Position numbers and translations under genes: made by a program. Shown piece by piece: positions 26,571-40,313 of a stretch of 64,000 nucleotides of DNA. Source of the DNA: Octopus vulgaris (taxonomy: Eukaryota); contig OX597830.1 in the NCBI GenBank assembly GCA_951406725.2, positions 24,056,001 through 24,120,000 on the forward strand, written 5' to 3'. The notes under the pieces were generated by a model. The model had not been told where the DNA came from. It saw only the letters and a program-made list of their open reading frames with translations, and did no database searches. How positions within the stretch are numbered: the stretch's first letter is position 1; each line of letters starts with the position of its first letter.

Positions 26571-27147
26571 TGTGTAACACTATTTTTGTCCTTGGATAGT
26601 AATTGTTATTGCCTATATGCTTACCCCTACAAAGTATGCAAAATGGCTGATATTTCCTTCAAAATTTGGTTTTGCTACATTTATTCAAACCCCAAAGAAT
26701 CCCTCTTAATACATGGCTCACTGTGTAACACAATTTTTGTCCTTGGGCAGCAACTGTAATTTTCTATTTACTTACCCTTAAAAAGAATGAAAATGGCTAA
26801 TATTTCGTTCAAACTTGTCTCCACTTGGACAACTAGAAGAGTAAACTGAACTGTTGAGCTTACGTTCCCTCTATTTATACTGCCATCTATGTTGCCTGAA
26901 CATTCTAGAAATTCTTGCAACTTTTAGAAACTTCTAGAAAGTTCTAGAAATTTTTGCTTGCGCAACTCAACGTTGAATCTGTCTGAAATGTTGTGGAAAA
27001 CAGGTCAGTTTTAAAACATTGACGTCCAGATCACAAAAACAAAATTTTAAGGAAATAGTAGTCATTTCCTTTGGTTTCTAGGTAGAAACAGATAGGAAAT
27101 AAACACTCACTGACCAACAAAAATATATATATAACATTTTTGACACA
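26571..27147 (-). mobile_element. Solo-LTR-like unit (TG...CA) with a partly duplicated end
   Basis: Minus strand starts TGTGTCAAAA and ends GTTACACA; the terminal segment is duplicated at 26571 and 26722; internal TATA/Inr and AATAAA (26680-26685). No TSD found. Confidence 0.5.
26844..26950 (-). promoter_or_regulatory. Heat-shock elements, TATA box and initiator
   Basis: GAAacTTCtaGAAagTTCtaGAA (26927-26949) and GAAcaTTCtaGAA (26898-26910); TATAAATA (26879-26872); TCAGTT (26849-26844), with its A about 32 nt from the TATA start. Confidence 0.6.
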
Positions 27148-27344
27148 GAGTGTAATTCTACCGGTCACTCGTTACAAAGTATTATTTATCTTGAGCTCTA
27201 GGGCAGATAAAGCTGGTCACTTGGTTCCGTAGCGTGTAAGCGATCATGGTAACATTCTCCCTTGATCGAGACGTCGGTCCGTTGCCAGTTTCAAGAGCAG
27301 CAATTTTGAGAGGAGAAGGTAAGTCGATTAGAGCGGTTCCAGTC

Positions 27345-27541
27345 TTTTACTCTTTTACTTGTTTCAGTCATTTGACTGTGGCCATGCTGGAGCACCGCCT
27401 TTAATCGAGAAAATCAACCCCAGGACTTATTCTTTGTAAGCCTAGTACTTATTCTATCGGTCTCTTTTGCTAAGTTACGGGGACGTAAATACACTAGCAT
27501 CGGTTGTCAAGCGATGTTGGTGGGGGGTGGGACAAACACAG

Positions 27542-27605
<64 letters not shown>

Positions 27606-27767
27606 GACGGGCTTCTTTCAGTTTCCGTCTACCAAATCAACACACAAGGTTTTGGTCAGCTCGAGGCTATAGTAGAAGACACTTGCCCAAGTGCCACACA
27701 GTGGGAGTGAACCCGGATCCATGAGGTTCATAAGCAAGCTTATTACCACACAGCCACTTCCACGCCT
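27345..27767 (-). mobile_element. SINE family A
   Basis: Head, core, microsatellite and tail match. Confidence 0.9.
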
Positions 27768-28674
27768 GGTAGTTTATTTTATCGTACCCAAAAGTAAAGT
27801 TGACCTCAATGGTACTTCTGAGTTCAATAGGACTTGAACTCAGAAAGTAAAGTTCACCACCTTCCACAGAATGAAATAAATAAAACAAGAGGCTAATGCC
27901 TTATAATCCACGTAACACCTTATTTTCCGTTGCTAGAACCTTGCAATTGGAAATTTCTCGTAAGGAACATCGATGCCTCGGGTAGGTGTCGAAAGAGGTC
28001 CCGTTATCGATTGAGCAATAGCAACTGGAAATAGAAGAATCGTAAACTCTGTTTTGGAAGATTTTCTAGGTCAAGGTTGATTATGGATCTTTACAGATTT
28101 ATACATCAAGATATTTTGAAGAAGGCTGGCGGTTGCCATTACGTACAAGTCTCTTATCTCCATGCTACCGATGTTAATCCAAGGAGAAAGACCGTCGACT
28201 TAGACCAATACAAATTAACACCTGTGTCGTCGCAGCCACTGCAATCAGAACGCAGTTCGACCAATAGATCCGCACGAAATCAGATATATGAGACTGACTT
28301 GGCTAAGATACTCTAAGATTTACAATCGAAATACACTAGTAAAAATTGTTTAATAGTATAATTTGTTGTAAATAAAAAAAATGTATTGTATTTTATAATA
28401 AAACTGCGAAAAGTTGTTAAAAGCATAAATATTAGTTATATTGTCTAGTACTAGTAACCTAACACTTTTATTCAGGCTTGCTTTCAACAAAATTCTTATA
28501 GTAATCTGGGATTAGTTCCTGTGTCCAAACATTTAATTTCTTACCCGTTAAATCCTAAAATGTGACATTGTGAGTTACGGTTTTCTTTTTATTATCCCAT
28601 TCAATTTCCATAGGTTTCGGTTCAGGAGATAATCGTTGTCAATCAGCCAATAGATTAAATATTCTAAACTTTGA

Positions 28675-28890
28675 AAGGCGGAGAGCTGGCAGAATCGTTA
28701 CAGCATCGCACAAAATGCTCAACAGCATTTCTTCCGAATCTAAAATCCGCCGCTGTCGACTTTTCCTTTCATCATTTCAGGATCGATAAAATAACTACCC
28801 GTCGAGCACTGAGTCGATGTAATCGACTTACCCGCTTCCCAGAATTCCCAGAAATTGCTGGCCTTACATCAAAATTTGAAACCATTATTA
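28675..28890 (+). mobile_element. SINE family B
   Basis: GGCGGAGAGCTGGCAGAATCGTTA...GTCGACTTTTCCTTTCATC...GATCGATAAAATAA. Confidence 0.8.
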
Positions 28891-30159
28891 TAAATTCTGA
28901 ACCAGGCTTGCAGACTGGTAGGATGCATCAACATGTTGCTGGAATATAGTAATCTTAAGAGCGATCATATGAGTAGAATACTTTTTCAAGATATCCAGAG
29001 AGATTTTAGAATTTAGAATTTTACCTTGCAGCACAATTCAAAAGCCACCTCATCCCTTTACAAAAATGCATCTCTACCAATATTCCGGTTTAAAATAACA
29101 GAAGACGTTATTCAACACTTGAAGTTGCGTAGATGAGACAAAGAGAGGGAAACGAGCACGACTTTTTTTTTTTTATTATTGTAATATTATTACTGTAATG
29201 TTATTATTACTGTTGCTGTTACTATTATTTTAACTGCTGCTGCAGTTATTGTCACTGTCTGTATTTTGGAAAACCATGACGCCATTTTGTTCACTCCACT
29301 ATTTTTTTGAAGTATGTTCTCTTTGACGTCATATCATTTCACTCGAAAAATACTTACTATGTATTACAATTTATTTCACAAACACAAATAAACACAGGAG
29401 CTCAGCAGAATTTGAACTCAAAACGTAAAGAGCATGAGCAAATCCACTTCCATACCACCACCGACGATATAACTTTTCTACCATTTTCTCGCCCCAATGC
29501 ACAAAACATTCCTATTTTCCTGTTACTTTAATTTATCATCGACAATAATAAACTTCACTTTTCTGTTCTATTCCTTCCAAACGCCTGTCGTATTTCCTTC
29601 TTTCTTACATATCGGTTTTCTTTTTCTCTTATTTTATATTTTCACTACTTTCCTCCTTCAATCATTTTTCTTCTTCTACGCCATATTTCTGATATGATAT
29701 GTTATGATAAGATAAGTGAAGCTCATCATATGTATGCATTACGTCAAACTAATCAGACAGCCATATAATATTCACCGTTGACATGTCAGTAAAGTTATCA
29801 CCAAATGTCTGCTGCCAATATATTTACAACGAATATGATTGCCTGAAGAATAATTTAATAATATTGACATTCGCACATCCGAAATATTATTTGATACAGC
29901 TAACAACGGCTAGCACTTGCCCCGTAACTCATTTTGCAATATTATGAAATGTTTGTAAACAAACAATAAAATGGTCGGTTGTATAAATAAATGCATAAAT
30001 AAATAAAAACACTTCATCTCACAGAAGCACACGGCAAACAACTTGTCACACTCGCAAAAGACAATAATATTTAATATACTGTACACACATCGGGATCAGA
30101 GAGATCTACCTCGTACTGAAGTGGGAAAACGTTCACATGATAAATACTGCAAAAATAAT

Positions 30160-30590
30160 TCTTTTTTAGTTTTGGTACAAGGCCTGCAATTTGAAGGGAG
30201 AGAAGTAATTGCTTACATTGACCTCAATGCTCAACTCCCAAGCGGTGAGAGGTAAAATCGATCTAGCTGGAATGTGAACACGAAACGTAAAGAGCTGCAA
30301 GAAATACAGGTAAACATTTTCTCCGACACGCTAACGATTCTGCCATCTCAACATAAAAATAATGACGGTTTCAAATTTTGGCAAAGTACCAGAAACTTCG
30401 TGGGAGTGAATAAATCAATTAAATTGACTCCAGTGCTCAGCTGGTACTTATTTCACCCATTCCGAAAGGATGAAAAGCAAAGTCGAACTCCGGTGACATT
30501 TGAACAAAGGATGTAAAATCGGAAGATATGCCGCTAACGATTTTGTCCGTTGTTCCATGTGCTAACGGTTCTGTCACGTCACCACCTTAA
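30160..30590 (-). mobile_element. Two degenerate SINE family B copies
   Basis: CGCTAACGATTCTGCCA and CTGGTACTTATTTCACCC...GAAAGGATGAAAAGCAAAGTCGA motifs. Confidence 0.65.
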
Positions 30591-30661
30591 AAAGCTTGGT
30601 TTCAAATTTTAGTATAAAGACAATAGTTTTACAGGTGACGTTAAGTCGATTACATTTATAT

Positions 30662-31075
30662 GTAGGCGTAGGAATGGCTGTGTGGTAAGTAGCTTGCTTA
30701 CCAGCCACATGGTTCCGGATTCAGTCTCACTACATGGCACCTTGGGCAAGTGTCTTCTACTATAGCCTCGGGCCGACTAAAGCATTGGGAGTGGATTTAG
30801 TAGACGGAAACTGAAGGAAGCCCGTCGTGTATATGTATATATATGTGTGTGTATATGTTTGTGTGTCTGTGTTTGTTCCCCCAACATCGCTTGACAACCG
30901 ATGCTGGTGTGTCTATGTCCTCGTAACTTAGCGGTTCGACAAAAGAGACCGATAGAATAAGTACTAGGCTAACAAAGAATAAGTCCTTCAGTCGATTTGC
31001 TCGACTAAAGGCGCTGCTCTAGCATGAACACAGTCAAATGACTGAAACAAGTAAAAGAGTAAAAGATTAAAGAGT
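30662..31075 (+). mobile_element. SINE family A
   Basis: Full-length match. Confidence 0.92.
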
Positions 31076-31459
31076 ATATATAAATGTGTGTGTGCGAGTG
31101 TGTGTGTGTGTGTACGTACGTGTGCTTATATATCTGATAGGTTTATTATCATAAGGTGGTGGGTTCGATTCCTTAACTGTACGGTAGTTTGTATCCTTAA
31201 GCACAGCACTTGCTCTAGTCTACACAGGTGAAAAGCAGTAGTGTAGTACTAGTGCAGCCGTTTTCCCTTTACAAATCGAGCTTCTGAACCATTCCGCTAT
31301 ACCAGCACCATGTTCAAAGTTCACACGTTGAAAGCAATTTAGGTCAAATATTTGAGCAAATTTGTACAACCCTCGTTCGACAAACACTGGTGAGTTTCTT
31401 TGTGAGCATCAATATTATTGCTCTGGTTTGGAGACCAAGCGAGGTCTCCAAACCACTCA

Positions 31460-31781
31460 GTAACTGGCCCTTCGTCAGTTACAACGACGAGTGTTCCAAT
31501 TGATCCGATCCGATCAACGGAAAAGGCTCTTCGTGGAATTACCATGCGAGTGGCTGAGTACTCCACAGACACGTGTCTCAGGCAGATTCATCGCGACACA
31601 GAATGTGACAAGGCTGGGCATTTGGATTACAGGTACAACTCATTTTTGCCAGCTGAGTGGACTCGAGCAAGCAATGTGAAGTAAAGTATCTTGCTCAAAG
31701 ACACAAGGTTACACCGGGAATGGAAATCACGACCTTACCATCGTGAGGCAAACGCGCTAACCACTAAGCCATGCACCTTCA
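31460..31781 (-). mobile_element. SINE family D
   Basis: Homologous to 6860-7147; tRNA-like head at 31715-31781. Confidence 0.8.
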
Positions 31782-31886
31782 CAAACCACTGAATGCAATA
31801 TTTGCTCAAATTTTTACTCTACAATTTACGTTTCTTGTTGCAAAGCAGAGTCTTTGGGTCCTTTCGTGTTTTCTATTTATTTATTG

Positions 31887-32720
31887 TGACTGTGTGGTAA
31901 GAAGCTGCCTCCCCATCTACATGATCCTAGGTTCAGTCCCACTGTGTGGCACGTTGGTCAAGTGTCTTCTACTACAGCCTCGGGCTCAACAAAGCCTTGT
32001 GAGTGGATTTGTTAGACGGAAACTAAAAGAAGACTGTAGTGTATATCTATATATATGTGTATTTGTGTGTGTGTTTGTATTTGTGTTTGTACCTCACCAC
32101 CGCTTAACAACCGGAGTTTGGTGTGTTTACGTTCCCGTAACATAGCGGTTCGGCAAAATAGACCAACAGAATAATCACCAAGCTTAAAGAAAAAATAAGA
32201 ACTGAGATCGATTTATTCGACAAAAGAATTCTTCAAGGCGGTACTCCAGCATGGCCGCAGTCAAATGACTGAACAAGTAAATGACTTAAGATAAAAGAAT
32301 TCACGTCCATAGGCGTAGGAGTGGCTGTGTGGTAAGTAGCTTGCTTACGAACCACCTGGTTGCAGGTTCAGTCCCACTGCGTGGCACCTTGGGTAAGTGT
32401 CTTCTACTATAGCCTCGGGCCGACCAAAGCCTTGTGAGTGGATTTGGTAGACGGAAACTGAAAGAAGCTCGTCGTATATATGTATTTATATATATGTATG
32501 TGTGTGTATACGTTTGTGTGTCTGTGTTTGTCCCCCACCCCCCAAACATCGCTTGACAACCGATGCTTAGCGGTTCGGCAAAAGAGACCGATAGAATAAA
32601 TACTAGGCTTACAAAGAACAAGTCCTGAGGTAGATTTGCTCGACTAAAAGCGGTGCTCCAGCATGACCACAGTCACATGACTGAAACAAGTAAAAGAATA
32701 AAAGAGTAAAAGTGTAAAGA
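31887..32720 (+). mobile_element. Two tandem SINE family A copies (31887-32298, 32310-32720)
   Basis: Both show head, core and tail. Confidence 0.9.
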
Positions 32721-33117
32721 GTCCGCAAAGCGAATAAAGCGAGATTTTTAGTTTCTGCTTAACGTGGGCGTTGCCTTTTGACTCGACACCATTGTGAATT
32801 AAGTCGAACCATAAAATAAATCAACAAAAAATGTCTTTAAAATTTTCAACAATTTTTTATTTTTATTTTTACCATTTCAAAATGGGGTGAAAATCGATTA
32901 AATTCACTTCACTTGCCTTGTGAAATCGGCTTATGCGACACGTAAATAAATTAAGAAAAAGAACGTGTAAAGATGAAAAAAAAACACACAGCCAATTTCT
33001 TGTTAACAGGCTTATTATGCGACGATACACGTACAGTTTTCAAAACAGCATAAAAAATAGTTGCTAATATAACAAAGCGACGGCGAGGGAGTAGAAGCAA
33101 AAACACCTCGGTTCACT

Positions 33118-33168
<51 letters not shown>

Positions 33169-33428
33169 TTGGTGTTGGTGGTGGTGATTGTCGTCGTAGT
33201 AAAAATAAAGGTTCCTGATTTAGGCAAAGCGCCAGCAATTTTGAATGGAGAAGAATCGGCAATGTCATGCCTTTCAGTACTTGTCTGGTAGATTAGTTCA
33301 TTGACCCCGAATGGATGGAAAGCAATGTTGACCTCAGTGAGATTTGAGCTTAGAACATAAAGAGATCAAATAAACACCGCAAAGTAACTTCCCAACGCTC
33401 TAACGATGCTTCCAGTCCATATATATAT

Positions 33429-33475
<47 letters not shown>

Positions 33476-33746
33476 ATGTTACATTACTCGGTAGTCAAGA
33501 TAAAACTCTGAGTTTCAGATGCCGAAGTGGAAATCCACAACACCATCTCATCGGTTATCTGGCTATTTGAAAACGTTATGAAAAAATATACCGTTAAAAA
33601 TGAAGGGAAATTACTCTGTTATAACTCTGCTTTGCCTGCGTACTTATACATCGCTCGCATTTTTCGTCATAAAAATTATATAAAAATACATAAAAATATA
33701 TAAAAATATATAAAATCTTCTTGGGACATAACACAGAAAGCATGTT

Positions 33747-34379
33747 CTATCCGTTTTCTTTAGGGGACCAAAAACGTAACAGAAATTTAGTCACATGTGG
33801 GCATGATCCGAAAAGTTCTGTCCTTGTATTTAGACATGTGGTAGGGTCTAAGCTGCTTTTCCAGATAAGCCATCTCTCCATGTCGCATAAACCGCACCTT
33901 CCGCTGCCGTTAGTATAGGGCTTACATCTGGCCAAAATCTTCCATTGTATGTTATAATCGACACCTTTATCTCTTAAAGACCAAATATGATTGGATAATT
34001 GTGTCGCTTTTCTTTTGTTCCAGTGCCTAAAGCTCAAAGTGTGGTTATTGAACCTGGCCTTGAAATTACCCTCTGTCAGGCCCACGTATTTCTTCGTCGA
34101 AACGGTGTCTTTAGTGGTTATAGAGTTTACGGTAGCTTCATATATGATGGTCTTGGACATGCAAGCTCCATTTAGCGGGCACAATTCTTTATTCCTGCAT
34201 GAACAGCTGTTTTCTTCTTGTGTTTTTTGTATGTTATGATTGATTATGTTTTTAAAATTGGTAGTTGAACTAAAACTAATTTTTAAATTGTGTCTATTGA
34301 AGAGTTTCCTATAAGCATGGTTAACTGGAAAATGTCTATCTATCAGTGCTAGGAAATATTTACCTATATTGAAGGCCAC
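33747..34379 (-). CDS. PLE GIY-YIG endonuclease domain (fragment of the RT-EN polyprotein)
   Basis: CSCRNKELCPLNGAC, IIYEATV...KYVGLTEGNFKARFNNH, TQLSNHIWSL, CGLCDME and LNTRTELFGSCPH are typical Penelope-clade endonuclease motifs; the upstream frame continues as RKVIWLTPPYS. Confidence 0.88.
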   Translation of the reverse strand: MAFNIGKYFLALIDRHFPVNHAYRKLFNRHNLKISFSSTTNFKNIINHNIQKTQEENSCSCRNKELCPLNGACMSKTIIYEATVNSITTKDTVSTKKYVGLTEGNFKARFNNHTLSFRHWNKRKATQLSNHIWSLRDKGVDYNIQWKILARCKPYTNGSGRCGLCDMERWLIWKSSLDPTTCLNTRTELFGSCPHVTKFLLRFWSPKENG

Positions 34380-34715
34380 CTCGGGTGAGTAAGGGGGCGT
34401 AAGCCAGATGACCTTCCTATTTCTATTATTCCTTTTCCTTATTGTTGGGCTGGTGATAGGTGTATATTTTATTTTTTCGCTAAAACCACTATCTTTTAAA
34501 GCTTTATTATAAACTGGGGCAACGGATAGAACATGCTTTCTGTGTTATGTCCCAAGAAGATTTTATATATTTTTATATATTTTTATGTATTTTTATATAA
34601 TTTTTATGACGAAAAATGCGAGCGATGTATAAGTACGCAGGCAAAGCAGAGTTATAACAGAGTAATTTCCCTTCATTTTTAACGGTATATTTTTTCATAA
34701 CGTTTTCAAATAGCC

Positions 34716-34778
34716 AGATAACCGATGAGATGGTGTTGTGGATTTCCACTTCGGCATCTGAAACTCAGAGTTTTATCT
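34716..34778 (+). ncRNA. Hammerhead-like motif, U4C core variant (mirror copy at 33498-33560, minus)
   Basis: Stem I AGATAA/TTATCT; CCGATGA; GATG/CATC; T-GAAA; ACTC-A-GAGT stem III; GUU triplet. Confidence 0.65.
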
Positions 34779-34874
34779 TGACTACCGAGTAATGTAACAT
34801 ATTGTATAGATAAATTTCCTCTATTTACATAATATTGAGGTCTCTTTCTTTCTTTTGTTATCTTACCGTTTTAT

Positions 34875-34915
<41 letters not shown>

Positions 34916-35110
34916 TCGGACGCCATGGTAGATCGTTAGCCACAACACACATATTTTTCTCTCCTTGTTTTTTCTGTGTACCTTTCTGTAGAAGAGCGTA
35001 GGCTCGAAGCGTAAAAGATTTTTTTCTATTCCTATGCGTTATACTAATACATCTGTTCGTTTTGTGCACCACCTGTCTTCGTCTTTTGTTTTTTTTTCGT
35101 AAACTTTCCC

Positions 35111-35646
<536 letters not shown>

Positions 35647-35669
35647 ACATATGTACATACGAATGTGTA

Positions 35670-36010
35670 CGTATGTATGTATGTATGTATGTATGTATGT
35701 ATGTATGTATGTATGTATGTATGTATGTATGTATGTATGTATGTTTGTATGTATGTATGTATTTATGTATGTATGCATGCAGGCATGTATGTATGTATGT
35801 ATGTATGTATGTATGTATGTATGTATGTATGTATGTATGTATGTATGTATGTATGTATGTTTGTATGTTTGTATGTATGTATGTATGTATGTATGTATTT
35901 ATGTATGTATGCATGCAGGCATGTATGTATGTATGTATGTATGTATGTATGTATGTATGTATGTATGTATGTATGTATGTATGTATGTATGTATGTATGT
36001 ATGTATGTAG
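35670..36010. repeat. (TATG)n microsatellite with an internal duplicated variant block
   Basis: ATTTATGTATGTATGCATGCAGGCATG occurs twice. Confidence 0.95.
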
Positions 36011-36342
36011 CAGGTATGGTTATGATCTACGTCGCCGGTATGACACTGTCAAAGTCCACAAGCATCTATTTGCATAGGGGCATAGACAAGTGTGGATGAA
36101 ACTTGAGTCAATTACACAAATCTTTGCTTAATGTCAGATTTAAGTGTTTGCAAATTATGTTACAGCTCAAATATCGATAAATGACGATCCGTGCTCATAC
36201 ATTTACGTTCAACCATCCATCCATACATTTCCCCATCTAAGTATACATACATAAATACGCTCGTGCATACATGCACATACGAAAACACACATATGCATGC
36301 ATACATACATATATTTATACATACACACTAGAGTATATATGA

Positions 36343-36404
<62 letters not shown>

Positions 36405-36405
36405 A

Positions 36406-36449
<44 letters not shown>

Positions 36450-36630
36450 TATTTGTATATACATATATATTTGTACTGTGGTTTAATCAGTAGCATTCAT
36501 CTTGCAATCGTATTCCAACATACTAACACAAGCACAAACAAGTATAATTTCAAACAGATACACGTTTCTATAAGACAAATTATATATACACACACATATA
36601 TATAGGCACGGACACGCGCACACACACACA

Positions 36631-36706
<76 letters not shown>

Positions 36707-37156
36707 CACAGACACACACATATAGACACACAGAAACATATACGGACATACACACATATACACACACAAATACACGCACACATGTAAATATAGACATATA
36801 GTTTATACAAATATATATATACATTTTTACACATACGCACAGCTATACATAGATACATAAATACAATTAGCAGACAATATTCCATCTGTACTAATGTACA
36901 TCATTTTAAAAGCTTTGATATTTCCACAATTACAGCAATCAAACAAATTTCAAATACTAATGGAGAAACCCGCCTTCCCATTTTTTCACCGCTCTCATCA
37001 AAAGGACGTCGCCATTTTGTGTGTGAAGTTAAGCATACAACACATGCAATGTAAAAGTTTTACTCCGTTTATTCAATTTCCATTCCCTGCCCCCTCTCCA
37101 CCCAGTACACTGGCACACGTACTCGCAGGTATACGTTCAACAGTGTGTAGTTTAAT

Positions 37157-37233
<77 letters not shown>

Positions 37234-38042
37234 GAGAGACAGAGAAAGAGATATATAGATACCTATATATGCACATATAAAAAACTGAATAAATATGTAT
37301 ATACATATATAGGTATATATATGTGTATATATTTATATTTATTAGCATCGCTCTATAATACCTAAATGCGTAAGTGCTATGTATTTTCCATATATAAAAA
37401 CATTTTCACTAAGTGTACCAATACACCTATGGTAATACGTATGCGGTTATTCATTTAAATTCGTTGGAGAGCAACAAATTTGTATTTATAGTTGTTAGAT
37501 TAACTACCTATGAACAATGTATTATACTTTAGGCAAAGTTACACGTACTTTTGTAAAGACTATACGGAGAATTTATCAGTGCATATCTGCTATTTGTCAT
37601 ATATCAGGATTCGTGTATCTCTCGGGAATAACGAAACGAAACAAAGCAACAATTTTCTCTATAAAAAGAGGAAACGAAATAGCGGGGGAGTGAAAGTATA
37701 AACAAGTGAAACAAGTACTTTTAAATTCTAAATTTTAAATTGCTCAACTCTGGCTTTTAAGTATTGTAGTTATATCGTGTAATACTTATCTCCTATTGCT
37801 GCTTCAGTGGGGTCAATCAGTGTGTATGTATGTATGCATGTATGTATGTATGTATTTAATATGTATGCATGTATGTATGTATGCATGTATGTAAGCTTGC
37901 GTGTATGTGTGCAAGTGTGTATGTGTATATTATATTATATTACATATATATATACCAAACACACACACATATATATACATACATACATACAGAAGTAATA
38001 GGTGCATACAGAGATATGTATGTACATACATACGATCATGCA

Positions 38043-38132
<90 letters not shown>

Positions 38133-38153
38133 CATACATACGATCATGCATGC

Positions 38154-38184
<31 letters not shown>

Positions 38185-38324
38185 AATTCATTTATGCAAA
38201 TATATGTAAATGTCATTTGTGTCTATACATATATTATACATATCATGAATCCATACATACATACTTACACATATATAGAGATGTGAAAATATAATGTATA
38301 TATATATATATACATATATATGTA

Positions 38325-38400
<76 letters not shown>

Positions 38401-38931
38401 CACACATATATACGTATGTATGTTCAACATAATACAACAGAATATAATATATAAAAATATATATGTGTATGTGTACGTATGTATGGATACATAGCTGCAT
38501 ATATATATATATGTATATATTTATTTACATGAATATATGCACGTGTGTGTGTCTGTGTGCGTACGTATGTACACTATTAATTGCATTTCATAATCTCATT
38601 TAAATATACCAACATACTGCTACATTTAGCTTAAACATATAAACTGCTGTAAGCAATTACATATATCTTGCTCTATAAACAAAACGAAAAGACAACAAAT
38701 GCTAATTTAATAGGTTGTACAACACAAGTTCATGCATACGCATATAAAAATACAATAGCATACATAACGGACATAATTGCTGGCATGAATGATCACGTCA
38801 GACAAATCCTGCGCTTTTACCAATCTGCTATACTGTGTAATATTTGCGTATGTCTTACACACTGTTCAGTGATAGGATCAACGAAGAATACCTAGTGTTC
38901 TACTCCCGCAAGGAACACACACACGCACACG

Positions 38932-38989
<58 letters not shown>

Positions 38990-39265
38990 AACACACACAC
39001 GCATGCACACACACAAACACACACAAACACACACATACTGAACTCTACACGTTTTTTTATCATTCTCTGTCTATTTATTTCTTCATTCCTTTCTGTTAAA
39101 GAGCGTAGGTTCGAAACGTAAAAAACTTTTCCATTCTCCCTGAGCGCCAAACTAAAACACTTGCTTGGTGTTCCTACACCTGGCTGAGTCTTTGTCTTTC
39201 TGTAAATTTGGAATTATATATATATATTATTTGTTAGTATAGTTACTAATCTGATCTCTTCTTAC

Positions 39266-39391
39266 CATTTGACTGCGGCCATGCTGGAGCACTGCCTTTA
39301 GTCGAGCAAATCGACCCCAGGACTTATTCTTTGTAAGCCTAGTACTTATTCTATCGGTCTCTTTTGCCGAACCACTAAGTGACGGGGATGT

Positions 39392-39474
<83 letters not shown>

Positions 39475-39575
39475 CGACGGGCGACTTTCAGTTTCCGTCT
39501 ACCAAATTCACTAACAAGACTTTGGTCGGCCCGAGGCTATAGTAGAAGACACTTGCCCAAGGTGCCACGCTGTGG
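39266..39575 (-). mobile_element. SINE family A, truncated
   Basis: Tail and core present; 5' head lost at (TA)n. Confidence 0.88.
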
Positions 39576-39583
39576 GTCTGTAA

Positions 39584-39640
<57 letters not shown>

Positions 39641-39670
39641 GCGATACAAACATGGTGATAGGATTAACGA

Positions 39671-39746
39671 AGCTGGCTGTTGACAGACTTTCTGTGCCCC
39701 ACTTGCAAATACCGATAGGGCACAGAAAGTGTGTCAATAGCCAGCT
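39671..39746. other. 29-bp hairpin with an 18-nt loop
   Basis: AGCTGGCTGTTGACAGACTTTCTGTGCCC / GGGCACAGAAAGTGTGTCAATAGCCAGCT; one G-U pair and one mismatch. Confidence 0.8.
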
Positions 39747-40256
39747 GGAGAAGGTGTCCTCCTGGGGCTACAAGCTACAGTAGCATCCACCCTTAGGGGT
39801 TAGTCACATTTAAGTGGCAAAAATACTTCACGATGTGTTGCAGCTACTGTTTATACCTCGCTCAGAAATTTTTTTATTGCTTTTTTACACTTTAAGACGC
39901 CGAACTTATTCGTGGTCTGATCGGCGTCTTTCCTCATGTTTCTTGGAATTTATATCTACATCTTTATGAGTATATTTACCTTCTCTAGGATGTCAATAAT
40001 TAATTTAAGAACTTTGTATTGTTGGAAAACATATATGGTCTGCTTGGAATCTTACTTCAAGTTCCTGGAACTCACATCTATAACTTTTTAAGTATATTTA
40101 CACTCTCTAAGATGTTTGGGAAACCTATATGAAATTTAGCTGAAGATTACTTGACATTATATTTGCTGTAATTTTTGCAGCTTTAATAAAATGTTTATAG
40201 TATGAAACAATTGTACTAAACTACTGATCCATTCTTGTTGCTTATTTTTGTATATT

Positions 40257-40313
<57 letters not shown>

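Larger units (their letters stand above)
33468..34880 (-). mobile_element. Penelope-like element 3' fragment (thumb/linker plus GIY-YIG) with an inverted pseudo-LTR, inserted in (TA)n
   Basis: Inverted repeat 33468-33755 / 34521-34808 (~288 bp, apparently identical); (TA)n on both sides; intact endonuclease ORF. Confidence 0.92.

Noticed and set aside
34980-35018. TAGAAGAGCGTAGGCTCGAAGCGTA motif (also ~39090-39125 and ~16565-16590)
   Set aside because: Probably a hammerhead relic of the short PLE-derived family, but the core is too degenerate to call.
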